Source: an uncultured Bacillota bacterium (GTDB lineage Bacteria; Bacillota; Clostridia; Christensenellales; UBA1242). From it: a stretch of DNA of 57,097 nucleotides. The DNA lies in contig CASFPO010000049.1 in NCBI GenBank assembly GCA_949296805.1, forward strand, positions 1 through 57,097. Reading direction: 5' to 3'. The notes below the pieces were generated by a model, which saw nothing but the letters and a program-made list of their open reading frames with translations, did not search any database and had not been told where the DNA came from. Positions 19,406-31,100 of the stretch are shown one piece after another (within the stretch, counting starts at the first letter, position 1; each line of letters opens with the position of its first letter). A program made the translations under genes and the position numbers.

Positions 19406-20404
19406 TTATATCTCATAGATGTTATTGGCAAGATACAAATAGTATTGATAAAGATAACTATTGTTATCAACATAATATTTTTGCAGTTGCCTATAATAAG
19501 CTAGGCTATTGCCTTGTGAGAGGATATTTTCATCCTCTACATAACTAATTAGCGAAACATTTTGATAAGCTTTAGCTGTAGTTTCTCTCTCATTTGCAAG
19601 ATGATTGCTGAGCTTGATAGTCTCCGCCATAGTATCAGCATCCAGCGAAGTGATAAAGCTTCCGCTTACAGCTAGATTTGAGAAATTTGTTAGCAACCTT
19701 ACCGTGCCGTCATAAACATCATTGCTAGCAAGAGCTTGTCCTTGAGCATTATTGATTATTATCTCCATTGCATCATCTATCGCATAAAGAATTTGCGTTT
19801 CTACATAAAAAGTAATTTGACTAAAGGTCTGATTGTATGTTCCAAGTTCTTTAGCCAGTTCTCGCTCTTCAATAAGAAAATCAGCAAGAGAAACTGCATT
19901 ATTAAAAATCGAATTTATAAATGTCTTTGCTTGTGCTTCATAAGTTATATAATAACTATTATATACGCTGACATTTGAAGAGTTGTCTGCAATTATCATA
20001 TTTTCAGACGCTCGGTCGATACTTACTAAGATTGAGTTGAGTTCGTCAAGCGAGTTGTTTAATGAAGAAAAGTTATACCCAGTAAGTCCCGAAAGATAGG
20101 TATAATATTTGTCAATATAGTTAAGCCCGTATGCGACGAAAAAAATTATATATCTGTTACCTTCTGTCTTCACACCCGCAAGATTTTTTGTATAAAAATT
20201 GTTAAGACAAAATTTGCTTTCAACCCCTCCATAAGAAGTAGCATCTTCTTTAAAAAGGCTGGAGTTAGTCTCCATAGCCTGCAAAGTTTGTTGATAGCCT
20301 AAATAAGGATTTTCTGAAGCTGAGTCATCCCCGCAAGCGACTAGTGTTAGCCCTGAAAAGACTACTAGCAAAGAAAGACAGATTACCAAAAATTTACTTT
20401 TCAT
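19406..20404 (-). CDS. Hypothetical lipoprotein
   Basis: Lipobox LVAC after a hydrophobic signal; Tyr/Asn-rich body. Confidence 0.8.
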   Translation of the reverse strand: MKSKFLVICLSLLVVFSGLTLVACGDDSASENPYLGYQQTLQAMETNSSLFKEDATSYGGVESKFCLNNFYTKNLAGVKTEGNRYIIFFVAYGLNYIDKYYTYLSGLTGYNFSSLNNSLDELNSILVSIDRASENMIIADNSSNVSVYNSYYITYEAQAKTFINSIFNNAVSLADFLIEERELAKELGTYNQTFSQITFYVETQILYAIDDAMEIIINNAQGQALASNDVYDGTVRLLTNFSNLAVSGSFITSLDADTMAETIKLSNHLANERETTAKAYQNVSLISYVEDENILSQGNSLAYYRQLQKYYVDNNSYLYQYYLYLANNIYEI

Positions 20405-20411
20405 TTACACC

Positions 20412-21371
20412 TCACATTTTTAGATAAGCGATCACTGAATCTAATACACCAGTAGTGTCGTTTGAAATTTGCGAAAATTCTATCTCTAGACTTGAGTTTA
20501 TAGATGAAATGACACCTTCAAAATTAGTTTGAAGATAGGTGGAGTAAAAAGAGTCTACCTTTTGGTATTTTTCTTGTAGATAACTATCAAAATAATAACT
20601 ATAAATATCATCCACATCATTTAAATAGGTGTTTACAAATGAAGAAAATACACTTACTTTGCCAAAAGAGGTATAATCATAATCTGCTGCACTAGTGTCT
20701 TGAAGGTTAGTCTCTGTCAGAATAACAAATTCATTTGTTATAACACTAAGAAAGTTATCTACGGTGTTTAATATAGTTGTAGAAGCCAAATTGTTTGACA
20801 AGGTCTCTGTAAAACAGCCTTGATAACAATTATTTAAAGCCTCTACGGCACTTGCCATTGACAAAATGTAATCGGTAAAGGACAACCTAAAATCTATCCA
20901 TAAGCTTTTTAGATGAGTGTCTGAGCCTGTATTTAATGCCACCATTTGCGACATAATAGCATTCATATCTTGTTGGAAATTAACAGCTTCTTCAAGGTTA
21001 TTTTCAATTTGTTTGTGGTTGCTTTGCAAGGTTCTATTATCCTCTGCTAGTGGCAGATATTCATTATAAAAGTCAAGAATTATATTTATGGTGTTAGCAG
21101 TTGTTTCAACGTCATTATATTCAGTCACATAATAACTTAATGTGCTGTTTGAAAGCTTATTACCAATTTGCTCATACTTTTCCTGCTCACTTGTATTTTG
21201 CAAAAAAGAGGTTTGGCTTGCTTGCTTTAGCCTTTCTATAGCACCTTGAGTATCTCCAGGAATTACAAGCACTATTACGGTAACAATAATAGCAATTAAA
21301 ACCAATATTGCTATTGCAATTAGCCATTTCTTTCCCCCGCCCGAGCTTTTTGTCTTTTCTGCTTTTGCCAT
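20412..21371 (-). CDS. Hypothetical single-pass membrane-anchored protein
   Basis: Basic N-terminus, one TM helix, helical-looking ectodomain; AAGGAG RBS. Confidence 0.8.
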   Translation of the reverse strand: MAKAEKTKSSGGGKKWLIAIAILVLIAIIVTVIVLVIPGDTQGAIERLKQASQTSFLQNTSEQEKYEQIGNKLSNSTLSYYVTEYNDVETTANTINIILDFYNEYLPLAEDNRTLQSNHKQIENNLEEAVNFQQDMNAIMSQMVALNTGSDTHLKSLWIDFRLSFTDYILSMASAVEALNNCYQGCFTETLSNNLASTTILNTVDNFLSVITNEFVILTETNLQDTSAADYDYTSFGKVSVFSSFVNTYLNDVDDIYSYYFDSYLQEKYQKVDSFYSTYLQTNFEGVISSINSSLEIEFSQISNDTTGVLDSVIAYLKM

Positions 21372-21382
21372 AACCTCTCCTT

Positions 21383-22819
21383 TTAATTATCATTATCAAA
21401 AACATCTAAATCTATGTTTTCTATAGGTGTTTCTTCAATTTGCCTATAGTCTATATTCGCTTTTGGCATATCAACTTTCTGCCCAATATTGACAAAAGTG
21501 GTGTACTCTCCTATCCAGCGAAGCTTAACGGTCCCCGTTCTACCATTTCTATGCTTTGCTATGATAAGTTCAACTGTGCCAGGCTCATCTTCTTGAGGAA
21601 TATCATTGTATTTTTCAGGATTATACAAAAATAATACTATATCGGCATCTTGTTCTATTGCACCTGAATCTCTCAGGTCAGAAAGCATTGGTCTATGCCC
21701 ATTTTCAGTTCTGCTCTCAACACTTCTTGAAAGCTGAGATAATACTATGATTGGCACATTTAACTCTTTTGCGGTAATCTTTAAATTTCTTGAAATCTCA
21801 CTTACCTCATTGACTCTATTTTCATTTCTTCTTGAGCCACCTGAAGACATTAGCTGAATATAATCAATCATAATTAAATCAACATTTTGCTTTGACTTAA
21901 GACGTCTGCATTTTGTAAGCACATCTGAAGGTGTGGTCAGCGAAGAGTCATCTATATAAAGATTGCTCTGCTCAAGCTTTTTGGTTGCAGTCCAAATTCT
22001 CTTCCACTCTTCTTCTGTCATAGAACCATTTAAGGCTTTGCTCATACTAACCCTAGCAAGTGAGCAAACCGCTCTTTGCATAAGCTGTTCTTTGCTCATT
22101 TCAAGCGAAAATACAGCACAGGTTTTGCCTTCTTCTACCGCAGCGTTGACAAGTATATTCATTGAAAAAGAAGTTTTTCCAACGCCTGGACGAGCCGCAA
22201 GCAGAATAAGGTCGCTATTATGTAAGCCATTTGTAATCGCATCAAAATCTTTATACCCTGTAGGAATTCCATTTAGCGAGTCAGGATTTTTTGCGATCGT
22301 ATCAAATTTTTCTAGCACTTTTTTTATTGCGCCATCTGGCTTGCCTACATGTTCAAGAGCTGACCGCTCTTCCTTTTCAGAAATATCATAGATTTCTTTT
22401 TCAGCAAATTGTAAAGATGCATCTTTATCTTCATTTTCAAAAGCATCTTCAATTATATGCTGTCCTGCGGAAATAAGTTTTCTCCTAATAGAGTCAGCTT
22501 TTACAATATCACAATAGTATTTAAAGTTGACAGCCGATGGTACAACATTTGTTAAAGCAGTTATGTACTCAATACCACCAACCGAATCAAGCAATTTATC
22601 TTTTTCAAGCTGATTTGTTAAAGTAATAAAATCAATCGGCGTAGATTTTAAATAGATTTTTAACATTGTATTGTAAATATTTTTATGCGCTTCGGTATAA
22701 AAATCGCTTTCTTTAATCATGCCAAGTATATCGCCTTGAATTTGCACATCGATAAGAATACAGCCAAGTAACGCCTGTTCTGCTTCAATATTATGTGGCA
22801 ATATTTTGTAATCAGCCAT
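21383..22819 (-). CDS. dnaB: Replicative DNA helicase
   Basis: PHNIEAEQ, AARPGVGKT, FSLEMS, IDYIQL, SQLSR, DLRDSGAIEQDAD, AKHRNG motifs. Confidence 0.97.
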   Translation of the reverse strand: MADYKILPHNIEAEQALLGCILIDVQIQGDILGMIKESDFYTEAHKNIYNTMLKIYLKSTPIDFITLTNQLEKDKLLDSVGGIEYITALTNVVPSAVNFKYYCDIVKADSIRRKLISAGQHIIEDAFENEDKDASLQFAEKEIYDISEKEERSALEHVGKPDGAIKKVLEKFDTIAKNPDSLNGIPTGYKDFDAITNGLHNSDLILLAARPGVGKTSFSMNILVNAAVEEGKTCAVFSLEMSKEQLMQRAVCSLARVSMSKALNGSMTEEEWKRIWTATKKLEQSNLYIDDSSLTTPSDVLTKCRRLKSKQNVDLIMIDYIQLMSSGGSRRNENRVNEVSEISRNLKITAKELNVPIIVLSQLSRSVESRTENGHRPMLSDLRDSGAIEQDADIVLFLYNPEKYNDIPQEDEPGTVELIIAKHRNGRTGTVKLRWIGEYTTFVNIGQKVDMPKANIDYRQIEETPIENIDLDVFDNDN

Positions 22820-22859
22820 ATTCCTTCTCCTTTTGCTTAAGCTTAAGCTTTAGTGCAAA

Positions 22860-23123
22860 TTATTTAGTAAATGGGTCTTTCTTCCCGCTTTTTTCTAACT
22901 TTTCTTTTTTCTTTTTATCAATTTTAGCACAAATCAAAGAAAAGAGCAAGTATAAAACAAAGGTAATGCAGATGATTATAAAACCACCCAGCACTGAAGA
23001 GATTGATGTATATTTAAAAAGAAGGAAGCATATAAAAACATCGAATATAAAGACAGACAATAAAAAGATTATAAGCCTTTTGGAACTTTTTTTTAAATTT
23101 CTGCTTTCCTTCGGATCTAACAT
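22860..23123 (-). CDS. Small two-TM membrane protein
   Basis: GGAGG RBS, two hydrophobic helices, basic tail ending DPF. Confidence 0.7.
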   Translation of the reverse strand: MLDPKESRNLKKSSKRLIIFLLSVFIFDVFICFLLFKYTSISSVLGGFIIICITFVLYLLFSLICAKIDKKKKEKLEKSGKKDPFTK

Positions 23124-23204
23124 AATACCTCCTACCTTTTTTGTGTAATTTTCGGTTATGCTTTACTCTCTTTGTCGTTAACACTTAGCGTTTAATTGTT
23201 TAAA

Positions 23205-25034
23205 CTATATTTCTCCTCTTAACATTTTGCCTCGCTCTCTAAGTCTGAGGTTGTGATCAAGAATAATCTTTCTAATTCTAAAGCTTTTTGGGGTAACCTC
23301 TAAAATTTCATCATCTCCTAAAAATTCAATAGCGTCTTCAAGGCTCATTTTCTTTGGAGGAATAAGCCTAAGTGCATCATCTGTTCCTGCAGACCTACTG
23401 TTAGTCAAATGTTTCTTTTTGCAAACATTTACTACTATGTCATCGCCTTTTGGATTACGCCCTACAACCATACCCGCATAGACAGGCACACCTGCACCAA
23501 TAAAAAGTTCGCCTCGCTCCTGTGCATTATACAGTCCATAAACAATCGCTTCTCCAGTTTCATGTGCAATAAGCGAGCCATACTCTTTACGCTTAATCTC
23601 CCCTTTCCAAGGTTGATACTCAAAGAAAACTGAATTGATTACGCCTTCGCCTCTTGTATCTGTTAAAAGTTCACTTTTAAATCCAAACAACCCTCTTGAC
23701 GGAATGGTAAACTCCATCTTCATACGATTTCCATGTGGCGTCATTTGAACAAGCTCCCCTTTTCTAATCCCCATCTTTTGCATAACAACACCGGTGCAAT
23801 CTTCTGGCACATCAAGATAAAGCCTGTCAATAGGTTCACATTTTACACCATTTATTTCTTTAATTAAAACTTTTGGCATAGAAACTTGAAATTCATATCC
23901 ATCTCTTCTCATATTTTCTATAAGGATGGATAGATGCATTTCTCCTCGTCCGCAGACTTTGAATTGTTCTGCTGTCTGTCCATCGCTAACTTTAAGTGAA
24001 AGGTCTTTGATAGCTTCCTTATACAGTCGGTCTCTTAAGTGCCTGCTTGTAACATATTTGCCCTCTCTTCCAGCAAAAGGGCTGTCATTAACCATAAAAG
24101 TCATCTCAACAGAAGGCTCGGCAATTTTAACAAATTCAATAGGCTCTATTTTTTCACTATCACAAATTGTGTCGCCAATTTGCACTCCCTCAAGACCTGC
24201 CACACAGACAATCTCGCCTGGCATTGCACTGTCAACCGCCACCTTTTTTAGTCCTTCAAAAACAAAAAGGCTTACAATTTTAGCTTTTACTATATTTTCA
24301 TCATAATAATTGCATAGACATACACTCTTTCCTACCTTCAAAGTGCCTCTGGCAATTTTTCCGACGGCAAGTTTACCTACATAATCGTTATGCTCGGCAG
24401 AAGAGACAAGCATTTGACAATGTCCATTCTCGTCTCCTTCTGGTGCTGGGATATAATCTAATATCTTTTCAAAGAGAGGCGTCATATCCTTACCCATAAT
24501 ATCCTTATTATCAGATGCAACGCCCATTCTTGCTGAAGCAAAAATAAATGGAGAATTTAATTGCTCTTCATTTGCGTCAAGCTCTAAAAATAGTTCCAGT
24601 ACTTCATCAATAACCTCTGACACTCTTGCATCTTGTCTGTCTATCTTGTTTATTACAACAATAACTTTTAATTTTAAAGCAAGTGCTCTCTCAAGCACAA
24701 AGCGAGTTTGTGGCATTGGACCTTCATAGGCATCAACTACCAAAAGAACGCCATCTACCATTTTAAGCACTCTTTCAACCTCTCCACCAAAATCGGCGTG
24801 CCCTGGCGTATCAATAATGTTGATTTTTACATCTTTATATTGACAGGAGCAGTTTTTTGAAAGAATTGTAATGCCTCGTTCTCTTTCAAGGGCGTTTGAG
24901 TCCATAACTCTATCTTCAATCTGCTGATTTTCTCTAAATACTTGACCTTGTTTTAAAAGCTCATTAACAAGACTTGTCTTGCCGTGGTCTACGTGAGCAA
25001 TAATGGCAATATTTCTAATTTTATCGTTTATCAT
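23205..25034 (-). CDS. typA: Translational GTPase TypA/BipA
   Basis: [40 protein letters not shown] motifs; start set at the ATG at 25034. Confidence 0.97.
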   Translation of the reverse strand: MINDKIRNIAIIAHVDHGKTSLVNELLKQGQVFRENQQIEDRVMDSNALERERGITILSKNCSCQYKDVKINIIDTPGHADFGGEVERVLKMVDGVLLVVDAYEGPMPQTRFVLERALALKLKVIVVINKIDRQDARVSEVIDEVLELFLELDANEEQLNSPFIFASARMGVASDNKDIMGKDMTPLFEKILDYIPAPEGDENGHCQMLVSSAEHNDYVGKLAVGKIARGTLKVGKSVCLCNYYDENIVKAKIVSLFVFEGLKKVAVDSAMPGEIVCVAGLEGVQIGDTICDSEKIEPIEFVKIAEPSVEMTFMVNDSPFAGREGKYVTSRHLRDRLYKEAIKDLSLKVSDGQTAEQFKVCGRGEMHLSILIENMRRDGYEFQVSMPKVLIKEINGVKCEPIDRLYLDVPEDCTGVVMQKMGIRKGELVQMTPHGNRMKMEFTIPSRGLFGFKSELLTDTRGEGVINSVFFEYQPWKGEIKRKEYGSLIAHETGEAIVYGLYNAQERGELFIGAGVPVYAGMVVGRNPKGDDIVVNVCKKKHLTNSRSAGTDDALRLIPPKKMSLEDAIEFLGDDEILEVTPKSFRIRKIILDHNLRLRERGKMLRGEI

Positions 25035-25229
25035 AGTTTTATCCTTCTTTAACCTTATAATATTAGCACAAAACCAAACAAATTTCAACTGCTTAGATAG
25101 ATTTTTAGACCAAAAAAAGAAAGTTATAGTCTACACAATTTGAAACTAGCGGAATAATTAACACTTTAATCAACTTTGGTTAAGGTGTTTTTTATTCTCT
25201 TAACCGCCACAAAAACAAATATTTCTGCA

Positions 25230-25447
25230 GTTGTCAAGGATTGTCGCAAAAGCGACATTTATTTTAACCTTGACAACAAAGAATATTCGTTTACCATAAT
25301 AAAAAGAGAAGAAAAAAAATAATAAAAAAGCGAAAGTGTGTTATGCTCTGTCAACACTTTCGCTTTTTGCTTTCATTTATTTGGTTGTAGAGTGTGCTTG
25401 TCTTCGGTGGAGCGAAGCGAAACCGACTTGTATCAAGACAAGCACAC
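25230..25447. repeat. Cluster of three inverted repeats (REP-like hairpins plus a terminator)
   Basis: GTTGTCAAGG...CCTTGACAAC (25230-25277); AAAAAGCGAAAGTGT...ACACTTTCGCTTTTT (25325-25368); GTGTGCTTGTCTT...AAGACAAGCACAC (25392-25447). Confidence 0.7.
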
Positions 25448-25465
25448 GTTTAAATGCCAAATCGC

Positions 25466-26197
25466 TTAATTATTGCTGAAATATTCTATAATTGGATTTA
25501 AATTATTCTTTTTGTATATAATGTTACATAAATTATCATTTTTTAGTGTTTTTAAAATATCCTTCATTGATTTTTCTTCTATTTCCTGTGAATATATATA
25601 TTTAATTACATTTGTTATGCTTAACCGCAACATTTCATCTACTTTGGCATAAACTTCAAGTATAGAAATCTTTCTAAACTCAGGATTTTCAAATATTTTG
25701 CCTAGGGAAATCACTGCTAAAACATCAACAACCTTTTTCAATTGTTCAACGCAATCATCTGCGATTTTACACCTTCTCTTCCCTTCAAAATCAGGAGGAC
25801 TTGTTGCAAATGCAATAGTAGGGATATGTAATTCTTTTGCCACCTCACAAACAACTGGTGACGCGCCAGAACCTGTTCCGCCACCAAGACCTGCCACAAT
25901 AATTAGAAAAGAACAATCTTTTAACGCATCTTTTATTTCTTCACAGTCTTCTTCTGCTGCAATTTTTCCAAATTTGGGTAAGCCACCAGAGCCCAACCCT
26001 TTGGTTGTCTTTTTACCAATTTTTACAAACCGACTTGCTTGTTGGAATTGAAAATTCCAACCAACAACCCAATCTGTGTTGATGGCCATATATTCAATAT
26101 TTGGCGCTTTATTACTTCTCAAATTTTCTGTAATATGTACTCCAGCGTCACCAACGCCTACAATTTTAATTTTAAAATTTTTATTTTGTTCTCCCAT
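25466..26197 (-). CDS. FtsZ/tubulin-family GTPase domain protein (short FtsZ paralogue)
   Basis: IKIVGVGDAG, AINTD, GLGSGG.P..GKIAAEE, AGLGGGTGSG, PDFEGKRR motifs; no T7 loop or FtsZ C-terminal domain visible. Confidence 0.88.
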   Translation of the reverse strand: MGEQNKNFKIKIVGVGDAGVHITENLRSNKAPNIEYMAINTDWVVGWNFQFQQASRFVKIGKKTTKGLGSGGLPKFGKIAAEEDCEEIKDALKDCSFLIIVAGLGGGTGSGASPVVCEVAKELHIPTIAFATSPPDFEGKRRCKIADDCVEQLKKVVDVLAVISLGKIFENPEFRKISILEVYAKVDEMLRLSITNVIKYIYSQEIEEKSMKDILKTLKNDNLCNIIYKKNNLNPIIEYFSNN

Positions 26198-26206
26198 TGT
26201 TAATTC

Positions 26207-26776
26207 TCACAAAATATTTATTAAAATTCTTGTTAGCTCGTCTACATACTTATTCTGATTTCCGCATGAAGGGAAGGAAGTATTAAAAGCATTAATATTT
26301 TCTGAATAACCACTCTCCAAAATCGCCGCAAAAACTTTTTCCATGCAAGTTTTTTTTACGACAATAATATATTTTGGTGATAAAAGTTTAATTTCGTTTT
26401 TCAAATCTGGTATATATTTATTTATAATTTCCTTTTTTTTACTCTTGGAATTAATAAAACCTATGGGTTCTTTGCAAACATCATACAGCCAACATTCCAT
26501 TTCTTTAAATTTTGCAAGTGAAAAATCAATCCCTACATTTTCAAAAGATTCTTTTGTATATCTGTATAGATTTGAATTCTTATCATAGAAGAAAGTTCCG
26601 CCAGATGGTCTACTTTCTCCAACAAACAAAATTTTTGTTTTGCTTGGTTTGAAATCATTTCGTTTCTTTTCAAATTGCTCTGATTCAACAATGTTTTTTA
26701 ACAATAATGAGCTTTGCTCTGATTCTTTTGCTCTTTTTCTTTCTATTTCTAAATCTAATAATTCAATACTTTCCAT
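26207..26776 (-). CDS. Hypothetical protein, possibly uracil-DNA glycosylase superfamily
   Basis: KILFVGESRP motif, EIKLLSPKYIIVV, C-terminal FPS: positions match UDG-like motifs A and B. Confidence 0.5.
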   Translation of the reverse strand: MESIELLDLEIERKRAKESEQSSLLLKNIVESEQFEKKRNDFKPSKTKILFVGESRPSGGTFFYDKNSNLYRYTKESFENVGIDFSLAKFKEMECWLYDVCKEPIGFINSKSKKKEIINKYIPDLKNEIKLLSPKYIIVVKKTCMEKVFAAILESGYSENINAFNTSFPSCGNQNKYVDELTRILINIL

Positions 26777-26814
26777 TGATATCTCCTTTATATTTTACAA
26801 AATGCTTGTAGATT

Positions 26815-27063
26815 TTAATCAGTCCTTTCAAAATTTGGATACGACTTCATATAACAACCTTTACCTTTGATAGTAACAATCTCACAACCATACTCACGAA
26901 GATAGTTTATATTGCGAGCGATTGTTTTTCTATTACACTGTATTCCACAAAATTGACTTATTTGTTTTGCTATTTTTGTTTGATGTAACAAACATTTTTC
27001 AGAGCTTCCATATTTCAGTGCATCATAAACGTACAAAATAATAAGTTTTTTTATTTTTGTCAT
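26815..27063 (-). CDS. Small winged-HTH protein (similar to the N-terminus of WYL regulators)
   Basis: GGAGG RBS; IQCNRKTIARNINYLREYGCEIV...KGCYM. Confidence 0.7.
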   Translation of the reverse strand: MTKIKKLIILYVYDALKYGSSEKCLLHQTKIAKQISQFCGIQCNRKTIARNINYLREYGCEIVTIKGKGCYMKSYPNFERTD

Positions 27064-27225
27064 TTTTATTTTACCTCCCTACTAATATTATAACATAAAA
27101 CATGAGTCAAAAACAAACCATATAAAAAATCTAAACATATTTTAGTTTAGATCTTTTTGCTAGTTTCAAAAGGGTTGACCCATTCTCTAACTTTCTTTTT
27201 TTATTTTCTATAACTTTCTTTATTT

Positions 27226-28110
27226 TTAATGATTTTTGTATTTTCTTTTAAAAACCTTTGCAATTTTTTTGCGCTCATAAAATATATAAAGAACTACCCC
27301 TACAATAAAAGTAATAACTACACACAGAATGTACCATAGCCCTATATTAACTTGATAGGTTGTCATACTTATTGTGTTTTCTGCTGTCAACTGGTTGTGA
27401 TTGACCATCCAAATATGGTGTTTATGTCCTAGGCTATCCGTCAATTTTAAGTCACTATCTGAATGAATTCGCTTTGAAAAGGTAGCATAATCATAAATTA
27501 ATGTTGGGCTATAACTATTGTCTATTTGAGCATTAAACGACAAGTCCTTTACTGCTTGCAAGTAAATTTGAACGTACCTATCTCCTACATATATGCTTTC
27601 ATCTTCTCCGACCTGCTGTTTGGCTGAAAAAGGAAAAGTCCCTTGCTGAGTATTTTTGCTTAGCAACACAGCACCATCACTAGCCTCAATCTGTCCGCTA
27701 TTATGGTAATAATTCCAACTTTGAATACTTGTGAAAAGCATATCAAAGCCAACACTATCCTGCCTCTCGTTATAAGTAACTGCACTTATTATAAGCCCTC
27801 TGTTTATTTTAAATTCTTCCACAGGATTTTGCAAATACAAAAGCGTAAAGTTCATCAAAAACTCATAACGAAGCTCTTCAACACCCTCAATAAGCGTTTG
27901 TTTAAAGCTTTCAAGGTCTTTTTCCTCGCCAAGCTCAGATATTCTTTGCGAATTAACAGAAAAGTCAAGTGTTTGCATAATCTGTCCGTTTGAAGATATA
28001 TCAAGTCCTAATAGAATGTAATCGTCAAGCTTAGGCAAGGCAGAGCTATTACACCCAGAAAAACAAAATAAAGAAAACATTATTGTTAACAAAAGCATAA
28101 ACTTTTTCAT
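27226..28110 (-). CDS. Hypothetical lipoprotein with a C-terminal TM helix
   Basis: Lipobox FSGC; C-terminal hydrophobic helix and basic tail. Confidence 0.8.
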   Translation of the reverse strand: MKKFMLLLTIMFSLFCFSGCNSSALPKLDDYILLGLDISSNGQIMQTLDFSVNSQRISELGEEKDLESFKQTLIEGVEELRYEFLMNFTLLYLQNPVEEFKINRGLIISAVTYNERQDSVGFDMLFTSIQSWNYYHNSGQIEASDGAVLLSKNTQQGTFPFSAKQQVGEDESIYVGDRYVQIYLQAVKDLSFNAQIDNSYSPTLIYDYATFSKRIHSDSDLKLTDSLGHKHHIWMVNHNQLTAENTISMTTYQVNIGLWYILCVVITFIVGVVLYIFYERKKIAKVFKRKYKNH

Positions 28111-28178
28111 AACTATATAATATTCTCTTTATTTTATTTTTAAAACACTGGCTTGTAATTTTTATTGTTGAATAAGTG

Positions 28179-31100
28179 TTATCTACTTATTGAGGCTGTA
28201 TATCCATTTTCAACACTCTGAATTCTTAAGTAATATCCATCGCCACAGCTGATTGTAGTTGCAGTTATAGGAGCTGTGCTAATGACCGTTGCAGTTCCCG
28301 AGCCAACTGACGCATAGTTTGTACCAAGGTCAGCCGAAGGTGGCACAGGAGTTGTCACTACAAGAGCGTTGCCAGCGGTATCTACAAGATAGTTGATGGT
28401 TCCAGAAGAAAGCGAGTATACAATTCCAGCAAAGTATTGAGCTATGCTTGCAATTTCTGGCTTTGTAAATGTTCCATTATTGTAGCAATAGCTAAGGCTT
28501 CCGTTTGAGCTTATTGTTGCCACACCAGTAAAGTACACCGCACATCCAACAGTTGAGGTCAAAGTGAAGTTACCTTCATTGCCAACCTTATTGAGCGTTG
28601 AATTGTTGACAATTACAATTCCGCTTGCATAAACGTTGATATTGCTTTGTCTTACTTGAAGAGCAACATCTCCATAATTAAAGCAATTTTCGATCAATCC
28701 GTTATAGCCATCTCTACTAGAGTTTACTAATGCAATTCCACCATAGACAAAATTGATGTTTACCTGTGGCATATTATATGAAAGGTCAGCATAATTATTG
28801 CAATTTGTTATCTGCCCATAATTAATACTTACTATTCCACCCACAAAGATGTCATTTGAGTAACCAGTGCCCTGCAGACTTGTTATAGTCATTGTGCGAG
28901 TAGTCACATTGTCAATTTGTCCATAGTTATAAAGTGCTAGCGGGCTTATTAGCACGTCACTACCATCAAGCGAGGTAATGTTAAGCTCCATATTCAACTC
29001 CAAATCCTTCACTGTTGCACTTGGAGACAAACTTTCAAACAAAGCAAAATATTTAGTAAAGTAAAGACCGCTAAGTCCTGGCACTGAAGTAGAATAAGTT
29101 TCATTCATGGCTATAAGATCGCTGATTTGCAAAGTTATACTATAGCCATCTCCATCAAGCGAGCCATAGAATTGACTAATAAACAAAGCGTCATCTACAA
29201 TAAGTCTATCTTGTTCTAATATAATATCTGACGTTAAGATAAAATAGAAAGCTTGTTGTAGCCTATTTCTACGTGCAATATTGTAAAAATCCTCAGCATC
29301 AGCAATTCTGTAAGGATCACTTTCGCTTCCATTTCCTCCCGAGAATAGATCAAACTCAATTCCGCCCTCAGGCATATTGAATTGAATGGAATCACTATAC
29401 AGATACAATGTTTCAGCGGTTATTTGAGCAGTTCTGCGAGCTTTTAATGAGAAGGAAGTGATCATACCTCTTTCTTGAGGCATATAGAAATTGTCTGTTG
29501 TGCTTGTAGTTATTGTATAAAGATTGTCTGTTGTAACCTCAATATAATACTCAAAATCATTTATATTGTTGCCGTTATTCCACTCCCATGCAAACATATA
29601 GTTTTCGCTATCCCAAATTATATCAACAAGAGCCTCTCCATTTTCCGAAATCATAGTATTTGCAATGTTAAAATGCAGTGTGTCACTATAGAGGATTAAA
29701 AGTCTATTAACTGTACTAGCCTCCTGTCCATCTCGCACTTGAATTCTAAGCTCTGTCATATCATTTGTAATCGTAAAGGTCTTTGAAGAACTATTTCTAT
29801 CTAGAAGTGTAGTGAATGTACCTGCCCCCGTAGTATACTCGATAGCAATTTCATAGAAGGAATTATCTCCTGCTATGGTCACATATCTAAAGTAACTACT
29901 AAAGTCAAGAATTGTTTGTTCTCCATTTAAAGTTATTTGATAGTTACCGTCAAGAGAGGTCATTTTATAGACTGAGTTAATTTCAAGCGATTTTGAAATC
30001 AATCCATTTTCAGTATAGATTTGAACAGTTATATTAAATGGATTAATATTGTTTAACTGTCCTTCATCTAAAGTAAACGCAACTAGCACATAACCTGCAG
30101 TGTAGGAAGATGAGCTTACGCTATACTCATGACTTCCAGTAAGTTCTATCGATTGTGTCCTGCCATTTTGAATATAATTTGCTCTTATTAAAGTTCTTGA
30201 GCTTGCACTTTGATTGTTCTCATCAGTTATAACTTCTCCACCATAGCTTGCGGTTGAAATATAATAGATGATTTTTCCTTCAGCCACGCCGTTATTGTTT
30301 ATGTTCTCATTTGGACTTAAGATTGGCGCCGATGTCCTTGTAATAGGCTGATTGCTTGAACCAAGTTGCAAGGAAGCTCCCCTTAAAATATGAGTAGTCT
30401 GGTCGCTGTAATAGACACTATCTGCTATCAAATAGCTTTCGTTTTCAAGCGTTGTAATACTTCTAACATCATCACTTGCTTGACCTGCTAACGCAACAAC
30501 TTCCACTGAATAATAGTCATAATCTTGACTGATATGATCTGCACTGAGGAAATTGTTTACAGTGTAATAAATTTCTCTATCTATATAGCTATATGAAGTA
30601 TCTAATTCATTTTCGCCAATCACTTGATTATAATAATTTACGGTCACTTGATAGAGGATACTGCCTTGCTCAATATTGTCAGGATTTTGCACAATATCCC
30701 ATTTGATATTACCTTGATCTATATATGGCAAGCCATCAATAATATTTAGCATTCTTGCTGAAATCTGAGATTCCTCCGATGAGAAAAGCATTGTTGCAGA
30801 CGTCAGTCCTGTATTTTCGTTTTCAACATAGAAAGTCCAAATATAGTCCGCTCCGTGGCTAGTCTGCCCTATACTTTCACTTGCTACAATTTGTCCGCTA
30901 TTTCCTAACAAATAGGTAAAGAAAGTATCGGCAATAAGCTCAGATGGATAGGAAATCTCTCCACTCTCCACATCAATAGAACCGACTCTGTAGGTTATAA
31001 AACTGTTAGCTCCTCTTCTAAGGATGTTTTCATAATAATAGCCATCTCCCTGTTGTCTAGATATGTTATTTGCTAGCAAGTAATGCAAGGATTGATCTTG

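Noticed and set aside
25466-26197. The cell's main ftsZ
   Set aside because: It is too short, lacks the T7 loop and C-terminal tail, and has no dcw neighbours, so no gene symbol was given.
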